Assembly (NCBI GenBank): GCA_965198235.1 | Contig: OZ240248.1 | Coordinates: 1,824,001 to 1,888,000 of the forward strand | Source of the DNA: Candidatus Poribacteria bacterium | GTDB lineage: Bacteria; Poribacteria; WGA-4E; WGA-3G | Direction: 5' to 3' | DNA: 64,000 nt | Shown here: piece after piece, positions 40,261 through 48,828 of the stretch | Numbering within the stretch: position 1 is the first letter of the stretch | Layout: every line of letters starts with the position of its first letter | Translations under genes and position numbers: made by a program | The notes under the pieces: generated by a model | The model's database searches: none | The model's input: the letters and a program-made list of their open reading frames with translations, nothing else | What the model was told of the DNA's origin: nothing

Positions 40261-42399
40261 CTATACCCAAAACCCGTAAGTGGGAATACCCGCGATAATT
40301 CCTAAGATTGTCCAGAGACTCCCGACTGTAAACTCCCCCAAGATTAGCCCTAAGAAGAAAGGTGCTATCTTGCGATGCCGAATGACACCGCCGTACTGAA
40401 GAATAAGCCACTTGATTAACCAACTCATGAAAAGGCAACTCCACGTAACATTCATACCCCAACTCGTAGAGATAGCGAACCCTGCGGGATGAAATGGCCA
40501 CCAAACGAACCGCATCCGAAAGAACATCAGCACTGTTGTCAGCAGGAACCCAATGCCCATAAATCCACTTTCAGGGATAAGCGTCTCTTCTGGACCTTGC
40601 AACCATCCCGCAAGGCGACGATACGGCTCTATCCCAAAAGCACTCAAGGAGGGCCAGTACGCACGTATTTCCATGCCTAATCGATAACCCCGGTCGATTA
40701 ATGCCCAAAATCCTGCTAATGATCCTAAAATAGTCGCCAGCGTTAAGGCGAAAATGATACGATTCATCGTCATGTTGGTCCGTTCCATGATTTTGAAGCC
40801 TTCGAGCTGGTGTGGCATCGGGTGACTTCGATGTGCACGATTGATGAACCAAAACATCGAAAACATAACGAGGTTGTCTCTCCCCAACTGTCTTGTTCCG
40901 ACAGTGCGCCTCAAAATTTCATCAGGACCTGAGTAGTGCAAGTCATGCACAGGTGTGCCTAATTCGGCGCGCATCCGGGTTATAGCGATGGAGATCATGT
41001 AATAAATAACGAAAAATGCAAACATCACCCAAAGTTCAGCGCCCCCATAGTAGCAAAAAAGCACAAGGAATGCCATCACCCCGATGAGTCCAAGCGTCGC
41101 GCCACGATAGGACATCGGTTCTTGCGTGCTGCCCCCCGAAGCCGTGTTTACGGTATTTTCCTGTTGGGTGTTCAGGCCGAGAGCTGTTTTTGCCACGTGC
41201 AAAAGGTGTCTGCGACTTGCCCAAATAGCTAAAGCGCACAAAGCAAGGTAACCGCCTGATGCCTGCTCATTCATGTAGGGAAAACGGGGTAGACTACGCA
41301 GTCCAAGGGCAGCACCGAGAACCCGCATAAACCGCCAATACCAGAAGAAAAACCAGCATGAAAACGAAAGGTCAAGCGGAATAAAGAAACCGAGCCCGAT
41401 TGCAAACGGGTAGAGTGAAAACGGGATTCTCCCCATAGCGTTCCACGGGCTCTCCGTAAAGATTTGGAAACTTCGCACACGTGTCCGTAGTTCAGGTAAA
41501 ATCGGATACAGAAAGTTAACACCGTTCCACAGAGCAAGCGCACCAGCAATCCCAAAACCGAGCCACATCAATTTATTCTGAAAGAGGCGATTCTGTGGCG
41601 TTTCTGTCAATTGGAGTGGGAGTTGAATGATGGGGTAACTTAATTTCTCATGTTCGATCCATTGTTTACGAACAATTATATTGATGCAAAGCATGCCGAA
41701 AATCAACACAGTAATAAAGGCAGTCCACCAGAGTACAGGGGTTGCCCAACCGAGCAATGTTTCAACTGTGTAGAGGGGTAGCTCACCCTCATAATAGCCG
41801 AGTAAAAGGGACGGGTCGCTAACGGTGAGCCACTTTGGTAGGAACGGAACAAACAGCTGTTGCCACTCATTTTCTGGAGTAGCAAAGCGAGAGGCATGCC
41901 CTAACATTGGCACCAAGATCTCGAGCATATCGTGACCCGTAATTCCCGAAGCGATGGAAAGCATTAGGTAAACAATGACTAACTCGCTTTGTGCCAGTGC
42001 TAAGTTCGGGACAAAACGACGCAACAGGTAGTTTACACCGATAACCATGAACAGACTGAAAATCACATTGAAAAAGAGGGATATTGTTACAGGGTGACCT
42101 GAATACCGAATAACCTCCATCTCAATAACCCAGTAGCAGTTAATCGGTATTAGAATAACAGCAATAAGAATAGATTTGAGCGTGACACCGTGGGCAGGGA
42201 TTTGTGATGATGTTGGCAAAGAGGAAGTTTCAACTTCCATTTTTCTAACTATGGGCCTCCGTTCTGCCCTCCACTGCGTTTCGGGCAGGTTTCTGGTCAT
42301 GTCGCGGTCGCTTTGAAAATTTGTACGAGGTTTAACGAGAAAATTTAGCACTGGTTTGCTTTGTCGCTGAAGTTTTAGAATCATCATAGCGACCGCCAC
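40261..42399 (-). CDS. Large polytopic membrane protein (DUF6785/DUF6784-like, putative peptide transporter)
   Basis: RKQWIEHEKLSYPI, WWPFHPAG, PFFLGLILGEF; true start probably near 42239-42301. Confidence 0.7.
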   Translation of the reverse strand: MAVAMMILKLQRQSKPVLNFLVKPRTNFQSDRDMTRNLPETQWRAERRPIVRKMEVETSSLPTSSQIPAHGVTLKSILIAVILIPINCYWVIEMEVIRYSGHPVTISLFFNVIFSLFMVIGVNYLLRRFVPNLALAQSELVIVYLMLSIASGITGHDMLEILVPMLGHASRFATPENEWQQLFVPFLPKWLTVSDPSLLLGYYEGELPLYTVETLLGWATPVLWWTAFITVLIFGMLCINIIVRKQWIEHEKLSYPIIQLPLQLTETPQNRLFQNKLMWLGFGIAGALALWNGVNFLYPILPELRTRVRSFQIFTESPWNAMGRIPFSLYPFAIGLGFFIPLDLSFSCWFFFWYWRFMRVLGAALGLRSLPRFPYMNEQASGGYLALCALAIWASRRHLLHVAKTALGLNTQQENTVNTASGGSTQEPMSYRGATLGLIGVMAFLVLFCYYGGAELWVMFAFFVIYYMISIAITRMRAELGTPVHDLHYSGPDEILRRTVGTRQLGRDNLVMFSMFWFINRAHRSHPMPHQLEGFKIMERTNMTMNRIIFALTLATILGSLAGFWALIDRGYRLGMEIRAYWPSLSAFGIEPYRRLAGWLQGPEETLIPESGFMGIGFLLTTVLMFFRMRFVWWPFHPAGFAISTSWGMNVTWSCLFMSWLIKWLILQYGGVIRHRKIAPFFLGLILGEFTVGSLWTILGIIAGIPTYGFWV

Positions 42400-42634
42400 A
42401 AACGCCCGACCGCCATCTGTGAATATCTCCAGATAAATTTATCACAAATTTTACAACATGTCAATTTAAAATCTCTTGTACTTCTTAATCTGCCGATTGA
42501 TTTGAAGTCGCTGAGCACCAAGTTGCTTCGGCATAAAATAGACTTTTCTTAATAACTTTTCCGTGTTATGATTACTGCAATATGAGCTTGCAGATTGTGC
42601 CTAAATTGCATCTGTAACAACTCAGGATACACAT

Positions 42635-42869
42635 GTCAGTAACCCAACCTTAAAAGGTTGGGCTTGTGCGAAGCGTAGCCAAACGTCCACTCCACAGGAC
42701 TAAACTACTGACTACAGGTCGCCTAAACCCGTGGCGATATTAATAACGGGTTTACTGTAGATCTCGTTTGCAGGCGCGAGAAAAAATAATGCCTGCACTT
42801 TTCAAAACCAAAAGGAGGCGGTTTTTCCTCCCACTCCTAAAGGGTTGGGTTTCCAAACCGCAAAACTTG
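42635..42869 (+). mobile_element. Non-autonomous IS200/IS605-type element with IscB/HEARO-like ends
   Basis: Left GTCAGTAACCCAACCTTAAAAGGTTGGGCTTG, right TTCCTCCCACTCCTAAAGGGTTGGGTTTCC, followed by ATGA; no transposase or nuclease ORF. Confidence 0.75.
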
Positions 42870-43673
42870 ATGAAGCCATTCCACTATATTAAAAATCGAG
42901 TTGAAAGATTTTTTTACAATGCTTATCAGCGGCGCTTGGAATCCGAAGCCAATGCGTGGAACATCCCACGCCATATCGGTGTAATTTTAGATGGAAATCG
43001 TCGCTATGCTAAAGCCAGTGGACTTGACGATATCATTGAAGGGCACCATGAGGGCGCGGACAAGCTCGAAGAGGTACTCCATTGGTGCGACGAACTCGGC
43101 GTTGAAATTTTTTCAATCTGGATTTTCTCGCTTGATAATTTCAAACGTGCAGCACATGAAGTTGAAGGAATTCTTGGGCTTATTGAGGGAAAAATGCGGG
43201 AACTTGTCACAATTAAGGGACTCCATAGGAACCGGATCAAAGTGCGTGCGATGGGGCAGATAGAACTGTTACCACCCAGTCTGCAAGAAGCGATTCGGGA
43301 GGCGGAAGAAGCGACGCAACATTACGACAAGTTTATCTTAAATGTCGCTGTTGCTTATGGTGGGCGAGAAGAAATTATTGAAGCATTTCGGGGGCACCTG
43401 AAAGCCGAAAGTGAAAGCGGTAAACCTGCCCATCAAATTGCAGACGAACTCACAGTGGACAAGATTACACCCTACCTTTACACTTCAAACCTCCCCGATC
43501 CTGAGTTAATCATTCGCACCAGCGGTGAGGTCCGGTTATCAGGGTTTTTGCTCTGGCAGAGCGTTTACTCAGAATTCTATTTCTGCGATACGTACTGGCC
43601 CTCATTTCGGAAGATCGACTTTCTCCGTGCTTTGCGTGCTTATAGCCAACGAAAACGACGATTTGGACAATAA
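42870..43673 (+). CDS. uppS: Isoprenyl transferase (cis-prenyltransferase)
   Basis: PRHIGVILDGNRR, FSLDNFKR, YGGREE, IRTSGEVRLSGFLLWQ, RRFG. Confidence 0.92.
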   Translation: MKPFHYIKNRVERFFYNAYQRRLESEANAWNIPRHIGVILDGNRRYAKASGLDDIIEGHHEGADKLEEVLHWCDELGVEIFSIWIFSLDNFKRAAHEVEGILGLIEGKMRELVTIKGLHRNRIKVRAMGQIELLPPSLQEAIREAEEATQHYDKFILNVAVAYGGREEIIEAFRGHLKAESESGKPAHQIADELTVDKITPYLYTSNLPDPELIIRTSGEVRLSGFLLWQSVYSEFYFCDTYWPSFRKIDFLRALRAYSQRKRRFGQ

Positions 43674-43782
43674 AAGATAGACAGTAAAAATTCGACATAG
43701 CACTGCTAATCACTAACGGTTAAAATTTATTCCATCTGTGTATTCCAATTCCGTTGACAGATAGGTGAGAAGGAGCAAGCAC

Positions 43783-44550
43783 ATGAGATTTGGGGTTTGT
43801 ACAGGTTTAGAGAATGTCAATCGACTCGCAGAAGTTGGATATGACTACATTGAATTAGGCGTGCGTCCGGGGTTGATGCCTGAAGCGGATGAGGCTGAAT
43901 TCCAGAAAATTCGTGAACAGGTAGCGGAAGCACCGTTAAAGGCGGAGTCGTACTCCGGATTCATCCCCGGTGACCTGCGTGTGGTAGGCGATACAGTGGA
44001 TTTCCCACGCCTGTCACGCTATGTAGAGACCGCGTGTCGCAGAGGTAGTGAAATTGGCGGTGAAGTTATCGTCTACGGCAGCAGCGGTTCCCGGAGTATA
44101 GAAGAAGGCTATTCGCGCGAACGTGCATTGGCACAAATTGCTGAATTCCTCGATATGGCGGCAGATCATGCCGAAGCGCACAACATGACGATTGTCATCG
44201 AACCAATTTGCTGGCGAGAGGGCAATATCCTTCGGACCGTCGCAGATGGACTCGCTATGGCAAAACGCGTGAATCGTCCGGGTATCAAGGCGTTGGCAGA
44301 TCTCTATCACATCTATCAGGAAGAAGAACCGATGCAAAACATCATCGACGCTGCTGAGTGGCTCGCGCATGTCCACATAGCGGAACCGATCAAGCGTTCC
44401 TATCCCGGAAACGACGATTTCGATTTCACAGATTTCTTCACGGCACTACAAAAAGCGGGCTATGACGGTCGAGTCTCGTGTGAGTGCAAATTTGACAATT
44501 TTGATGAGGATGTTGAGGTAGCTTTGGAAACCATGAAAGCTTATATCTAA
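43783..44550 (+). CDS. Sugar phosphate isomerase/epimerase (xylose isomerase-like TIM barrel)
   Basis: GYDYIE, IVIEP, ADLYH, HVH, GYDG.VSCE. Confidence 0.85.
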   Translation: MRFGVCTGLENVNRLAEVGYDYIELGVRPGLMPEADEAEFQKIREQVAEAPLKAESYSGFIPGDLRVVGDTVDFPRLSRYVETACRRGSEIGGEVIVYGSSGSRSIEEGYSRERALAQIAEFLDMAADHAEAHNMTIVIEPICWREGNILRTVADGLAMAKRVNRPGIKALADLYHIYQEEEPMQNIIDAAEWLAHVHIAEPIKRSYPGNDDFDFTDFFTALQKAGYDGRVSCECKFDNFDEDVEVALETMKAYI

Positions 44551-44593
44551 CAGATTTTTGATATAGCGTCAACCGCTTCCACGCTTTTAGGAG

Positions 44594-45547
44594 GTGGAAC
44601 TTATTCTTACACGCGAACAAGGTAGAGTCATCCGGGCGCGGACAGGATCTTATGATGTCCAACACGATGATATTATCCTGCGATGCATACTTCGTGGCAC
44701 ACTCAAACGGAGACACCGCTCTGAAACCGGACGCAGACTGTATGCCGACCCAGTTGCTGTCGGTGATTGGGTCATCTTCACGCAACTTGATATGGAAGAG
44801 GGAGTGATAGAGGATATTCTGCCTCGCCGGACAAAGTTCTCGCGGCAATACGCTGGAAAACACGAGGATATTGAACAGGTTATCGTTGCTAATGCACATC
44901 AGGTCGTAGCCGTTGTCGCTACGCTTATGCCGTCCCTTAATTTTCGGACGTTGGATAGGTTTCTTATCTTGGCGGAGGCAGGGGACATGGAAGCGGTGGT
45001 ATGTCTTAACAAGATGGACTTAGTGGATGAAACCCAACGAACAGAGCTCACAGCAATCTTTGATGTTTATGAGAAGTTGGGTTACCGGGTCCTCTATACC
45101 AGCATCAATGTGCCTGGGAGCCTGGACGCACTCCGAAATGCGCTGAGGGATAAATTTAGTGTTATTGTTGGCGCGTCTGGTGTCGGAAAATCCAGCCTGC
45201 TAAACGCACTCCAACCCAGCTTGGACTTGCGAATCGGTGAAGTCGGTATCAGAACTCAGAAGGGACGACATACAACAACACTTGTCGAGCTCTTTCCCTT
45301 AGACATCGGCGGCGAAGTCGCGGACACGCCCGGTATACGGGAAGTTGGGTTGTGGGGTGTGGATACGGAGAATTTAGAACACTATTTCCCGGAAATGGAA
45401 CCTTACCTCGGCACATGCAAATACAATGATTGTGCCCATGTCACAGAACCTGATTGTGCTATTCAGGATGCCGTTGAAGCAGGGGAAATACATTCAGAAC
45501 GGTATCGAAGCTACGTCGTGTTACGGACAGAAGGGACAGAGAAGTAG
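44594..45547 (+). CDS. rsgA: Ribosome small subunit-dependent GTPase A
   Basis: NKMD, GASGVGKSS, GRHTTT, DTPG, CKYNDCAH..EPDC. Confidence 0.95.
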   Translation: MELILTREQGRVIRARTGSYDVQHDDIILRCILRGTLKRRHRSETGRRLYADPVAVGDWVIFTQLDMEEGVIEDILPRRTKFSRQYAGKHEDIEQVIVANAHQVVAVVATLMPSLNFRTLDRFLILAEAGDMEAVVCLNKMDLVDETQRTELTAIFDVYEKLGYRVLYTSINVPGSLDALRNALRDKFSVIVGASGVGKSSLLNALQPSLDLRIGEVGIRTQKGRHTTTLVELFPLDIGGEVADTPGIREVGLWGVDTENLEHYFPEMEPYLGTCKYNDCAHVTEPDCAIQDAVEAGEIHSERYRSYVVLRTEGTEK

Positions 45548-45576
45548 TCAGTAAAGAGGGCATTAGTTAAAAATCA

Positions 45577-45667
45577 CGCAGCTTGGAACGAAGTGGAAAG
45601 CGGATCTACGGAAAGGAACGTCAAAGTTCCAAACTTACCTGACCGAACCGCAAGGAAAATTAGAAAA
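45577..45667 (+). repeat. Family A repeat overlapping the 3' end of the nucleotidyltransferase gene
   Basis: GCTT-GGAACGAAGTGGA-AAGC, TCTACGGAAAGGAAC, CCTGACCGAACCGCAAGGAAAATTAGAAAA. Confidence 0.8.
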
Positions 45668-46348
45668 TGGGAAATGTTCACGCGCATAAGCCAACCGTTC
45701 TGGAACACCAATATCGATCCAGTCCGCGTCCGTTCGTAACGCATAGAGATTGGAAACATATGGAAAAACATCTCGTTCCATAGAGAAGTTTTCTCGGTCA
45801 CTTGGAAACGCATCAGCAATGCTTTGATCGAAAATATATATCGCACCGTTGACATATCCAGCGCGATAGATAGGTTGTTTCTCACAAAATGCCTGAATTT
45901 TTCCCTCACCGTCCGATATAATTTCGCCGTACGGACGGATGTCCGGGACATGCACACTTAACAGCACACCTGCCATTCTGTGGTCAAATCGAATTAACAT
46001 TTCCCGCAGTGAAAAGTTCGCGAGCAAGATATCGCCATTTAGGACAAAAAAGGGTGATGTATCGATCTGCTGCATCGCGTTCTGAATCGCGCCGCCAGTG
46101 CCGAGTCTCTTTTCCTCTTTGGCATAACGGATGCACATCCCGGCGTAAGCGTCTCCTACGCGTTCATAAAGCACATCGTGAAGGTGTCCCGACGCGAGGA
46201 CGACCGCGGTGACACCTACATCTCTCAACAATTGGATTTGCCATTCTAATACTGTTTTCCCAGCGATCTCCAGCAGAATCTTCGGAAGCGTTTTCGCTGC
46301 CTCACCGAGTCGCGTGGCAAGACCGCCGCACAGAATAATCGCTTGCAT
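45635..46348 (-). CDS. Sugar-phosphate nucleotidyltransferase
   Basis: AIILCGGLATRL..LPK, LGTGGAI, LNGD, WIDIG. Confidence 0.88.
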   Translation of the reverse strand: MQAIILCGGLATRLGEAAKTLPKILLEIAGKTVLEWQIQLLRDVGVTAVVLASGHLHDVLYERVGDAYAGMCIRYAKEEKRLGTGGAIQNAMQQIDTSPFFVLNGDILLANFSLREMLIRFDHRMAGVLLSVHVPDIRPYGEIISDGEGKIQAFCEKQPIYRAGYVNGAIYIFDQSIADAFPSDRENFSMERDVFPYVSNLYALRTDADWIDIGVPERLAYAREHFPFSNFPCGSVR

Positions 46349-46453
46349 CGTTACAACCCCTACTTTCTCGCTGGCGAGGTTTCCTGGGGGAAATCCGCAG
46401 AAATACCCCTCGCCTACTGTCGCAGCACCCCACACCACGGACATAGATCCATG

Positions 46454-47335
46454 CTATTCCGACCTATGTCCTGCGAAGCCGCGTGGGTTTTCAAAAGCAT
46501 CTATCCACATATCACACCATTCTTGGTGTTCGGACAGGACAGTTTCGGGATTTTTATGGCTTTGCACAATGAAGTCAGGATGTGCCGTTCGTCCTGTGTG
46601 ATGCCCTGTGGTCTGATAGCGTAAATCCAGCGACCAACGACACCGATCGGACGTGTTTGGCTCCGAACGATGTGGTGTAAAACGGCTTAATAAGATGAGG
46701 TCGCCGCGGTAACATTCCAGCATGAGGGGTTCAACATCCGGCATTAACTCCGGTTTGATCATGGTCCCGCCCTCTTTCTGGTGGCTTAGATAACCTTTAT
46801 CTTCGGTAATACCGGGTAATGCCTGGAGGCATCCCATCTCTATTGTGCTATCGCCTAACGGAAGCCAACATGTGACGATGATGGATCCCTCTGCCTCCGG
46901 CATCATGACACCAGCATCCTGATGCCACGGCACACCACCTGCCCAACTTGCATTCCCATCTATAACGGGCGGTTTTGCACGTAAGTGCTGAATCGGATTG
47001 CAAGTAATTTCGGGACCAACAATTCCTTCAATCACATCTAAAAGGTTGTCGTTTTTCAGGAATTCGAAGATGGCTTTGCCGCGGTAGTGCATGATATCCA
47101 AACCGCTCACCATCTCACCGGACTGTGCCAGCAACTTGCCGAACCGCTTATTGAAGGGTTCGTCTTCATGCAAGTCTTCGATTTTATCTTCCTGCTTTAA
47201 GGCAAGGGCGCGTTCCGAAATCCAATCTGAAATCTCATCAATCACTGGCTGTAGGTCTTCATCAGTCAAGGCATTTTTGACTATCAGTACGCCTTGTGTC
47301 CAGAAGGTTTCGCACTGCTCTGGCGTGAGTCTCAT
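46454..47335 (-). CDS. PhyH family dioxygenase
   Basis: PWHQDAG, TPHRS.PN.S..RWSLDLRY. Confidence 0.88.
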   Translation of the reverse strand: MRLTPEQCETFWTQGVLIVKNALTDEDLQPVIDEISDWISERALALKQEDKIEDLHEDEPFNKRFGKLLAQSGEMVSGLDIMHYRGKAIFEFLKNDNLLDVIEGIVGPEITCNPIQHLRAKPPVIDGNASWAGGVPWHQDAGVMMPEAEGSIIVTCWLPLGDSTIEMGCLQALPGITEDKGYLSHQKEGGTMIKPELMPDVEPLMLECYRGDLILLSRFTPHRSEPNTSDRCRWSLDLRYQTTGHHTGRTAHPDFIVQSHKNPETVLSEHQEWCDMWIDAFENPRGFAGHRSE

Positions 47336-47546
47336 AAGGAAATCTCTCCCTCTTAACGGATGCGGTTCTGCGTCTGAAAGTTATAAAGAAAACGTAAGCC
47401 CAAACAACGTGCCGGGCTGGCTCTACGTCGAGGTTTTTAAACTATGGCCTCCCGGGTACCTCTCCTGGTACGAGCCTATAGAGACTTGTCGGACAATGTT
47501 ACGCGGTGGTTTCTGATTAAGTCCAAAACACCTTTCGTAGCTATAA

Positions 47547-47640
47547 TTGACCGAAAACCCGCTCGTAATGGAATGGAGAGCGGTCCAGGTGCCCATAAAT
47601 TAAAAAACTTCACCGAACCGCAAGGAATAATTAAAAATAT
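47547..47640 (+). repeat. Family B repeat (CCGCTC/GAGCGG stem) followed by a Family A 3' half
   Basis: GACCGAAAAC-CCGCTC-GTAATGGAATGGA-GAGCGG-TCCAGGTGCCCATAAATTAAAAAA; CACCGAACCGCAAGGAA. Confidence 0.8.
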
Positions 47641-47698
47641 AAAAAGTTTTGTAAATATGATAGCATAATGGGAAAAATTCAACAAGGAGCATTACGGC

Positions 47699-48703
47699 AT
47701 GAAAGGTAAACGGATTGTGATGCCAGCGAAACGTTCAGCAACGCTGGAGGATTTCGAGCTTGATGAAACACTCACGCCGAACCAAATTCTGTTAAAAACG
47801 CACTATAGTTTGATTAGTCCCGGCACCGAAGGCGCAGGGTATACTGGACTCGAAAGCGGGACACGATTCCCACACGGCTCTGGCTATACGGCGATCGGTG
47901 AAGTTCTCAGGGTCGGTGAAAACGTGACCAAATGTGTCGCGGGAGATCTCGCTTTCTGCTATAGTCCACACGCTTCTATCGCCAAAACTGAGGCAGTCCT
48001 TTTAGCGTTTAAACCACCTTTAGAAATAGATGAGAAACTGGTCCCGTTCGTCCGAATGGCAACCGTCGCGATGACATCTCTACGGGTATCTTCTGCCGAA
48101 TTTGGGGATACCGTCGCCATTATCGGCTTAGGGTTGGTCGGCAATTCTGCATCGCAACTTTTCAGTTTGGCTGGGATGAAAGTCATCAGCATCGAGCGAG
48201 TACCGCGTCGGCTTGAAATCGCCCAGCAGTGCGGCATCCAGCACCTTATTAATCCGGACGAAGAAGATGTGCTGGAACGTGTTATAGCGTTAACAAACGG
48301 CGAAAAAGCGGCAGTCACTGTCGAAGCAATTGGAAACCCGCGACTCGTCGAAACGGCGTACCAATTGACCGGCACCAAGGGAGAGGTTATCTTACTGGGT
48401 TCACCGCGAGGCGAGTACATCACCAACGCAACGGAGATTCTGAACTATAGCCACAGTATTGGCTTAGGCGCGATTACGCTCAGAAGTGCGCATGAGTGGG
48501 TCTACCCGACGATGCACACTGGTGAGTCGAAACATTCACTTGAGCGTAATTCTCGCTTAGTCTACTCGCTCATCTGTGAGGGCAAGTTCAAGGTGGAAGA
48601 ATTGCTGACGCATGTAATTGACCCGGAAGCAGCACAATCTGCCTACGATGGATTGACGGATCGCAAGGACGAATACTTGGGCGTGATCATGGACTGGACG
48701 TAG
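47699..48703 (+). CDS. MDR-family (zinc-binding-type) alcohol dehydrogenase
   Basis: SLISPGTE, GY..IGEV, IIGLGLVG Rossmann motif. Confidence 0.85.
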   Translation: MKGKRIVMPAKRSATLEDFELDETLTPNQILLKTHYSLISPGTEGAGYTGLESGTRFPHGSGYTAIGEVLRVGENVTKCVAGDLAFCYSPHASIAKTEAVLLAFKPPLEIDEKLVPFVRMATVAMTSLRVSSAEFGDTVAIIGLGLVGNSASQLFSLAGMKVISIERVPRRLEIAQQCGIQHLINPDEEDVLERVIALTNGEKAAVTVEAIGNPRLVETAYQLTGTKGEVILLGSPRGEYITNATEILNYSHSIGLGAITLRSAHEWVYPTMHTGESKHSLERNSRLVYSLICEGKFKVEELLTHVIDPEAAQSAYDGLTDRKDEYLGVIMDWT

Positions 48704-48709
48704 TATTTT

Positions 48710-48815
48710 GACAGGACTCACGTCAAATTACCTTTAGGCGGGCTTCATCCTTATGCGTGTTAGATAGCATGTCTACGAAGGTCCCTGTGGGGAATTGGAT
48801 AACATAAGCCCTGTC
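48710..48815. mobile_element. Degenerate MITE (AGGACTTACG-type TIR)
   Basis: GACAGGACTCACGT ... ACATAAGCCCTGTC, 11/14 inverted match. Confidence 0.5.
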
Positions 48816-48828
48816 CGTTTAACAGAAA

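Noticed and set aside
42762-42797. SAM-II riboswitch similarity (TTGCAGGCGCG)
   Set aside because: Lacks the SAM-II U-rich L1 and 3' GCTAAA elements, and lies inside a mobile-element-like segment
47394-47490. Three-way-junction-like fold upstream of phyH resembling a riboswitch
   Set aside because: No conserved core of a known riboswitch, and 47394-47435 is a Family A repeat fragment (GTAAGCCCAAACAACG..GGGCTGG), which explains part of the pairing
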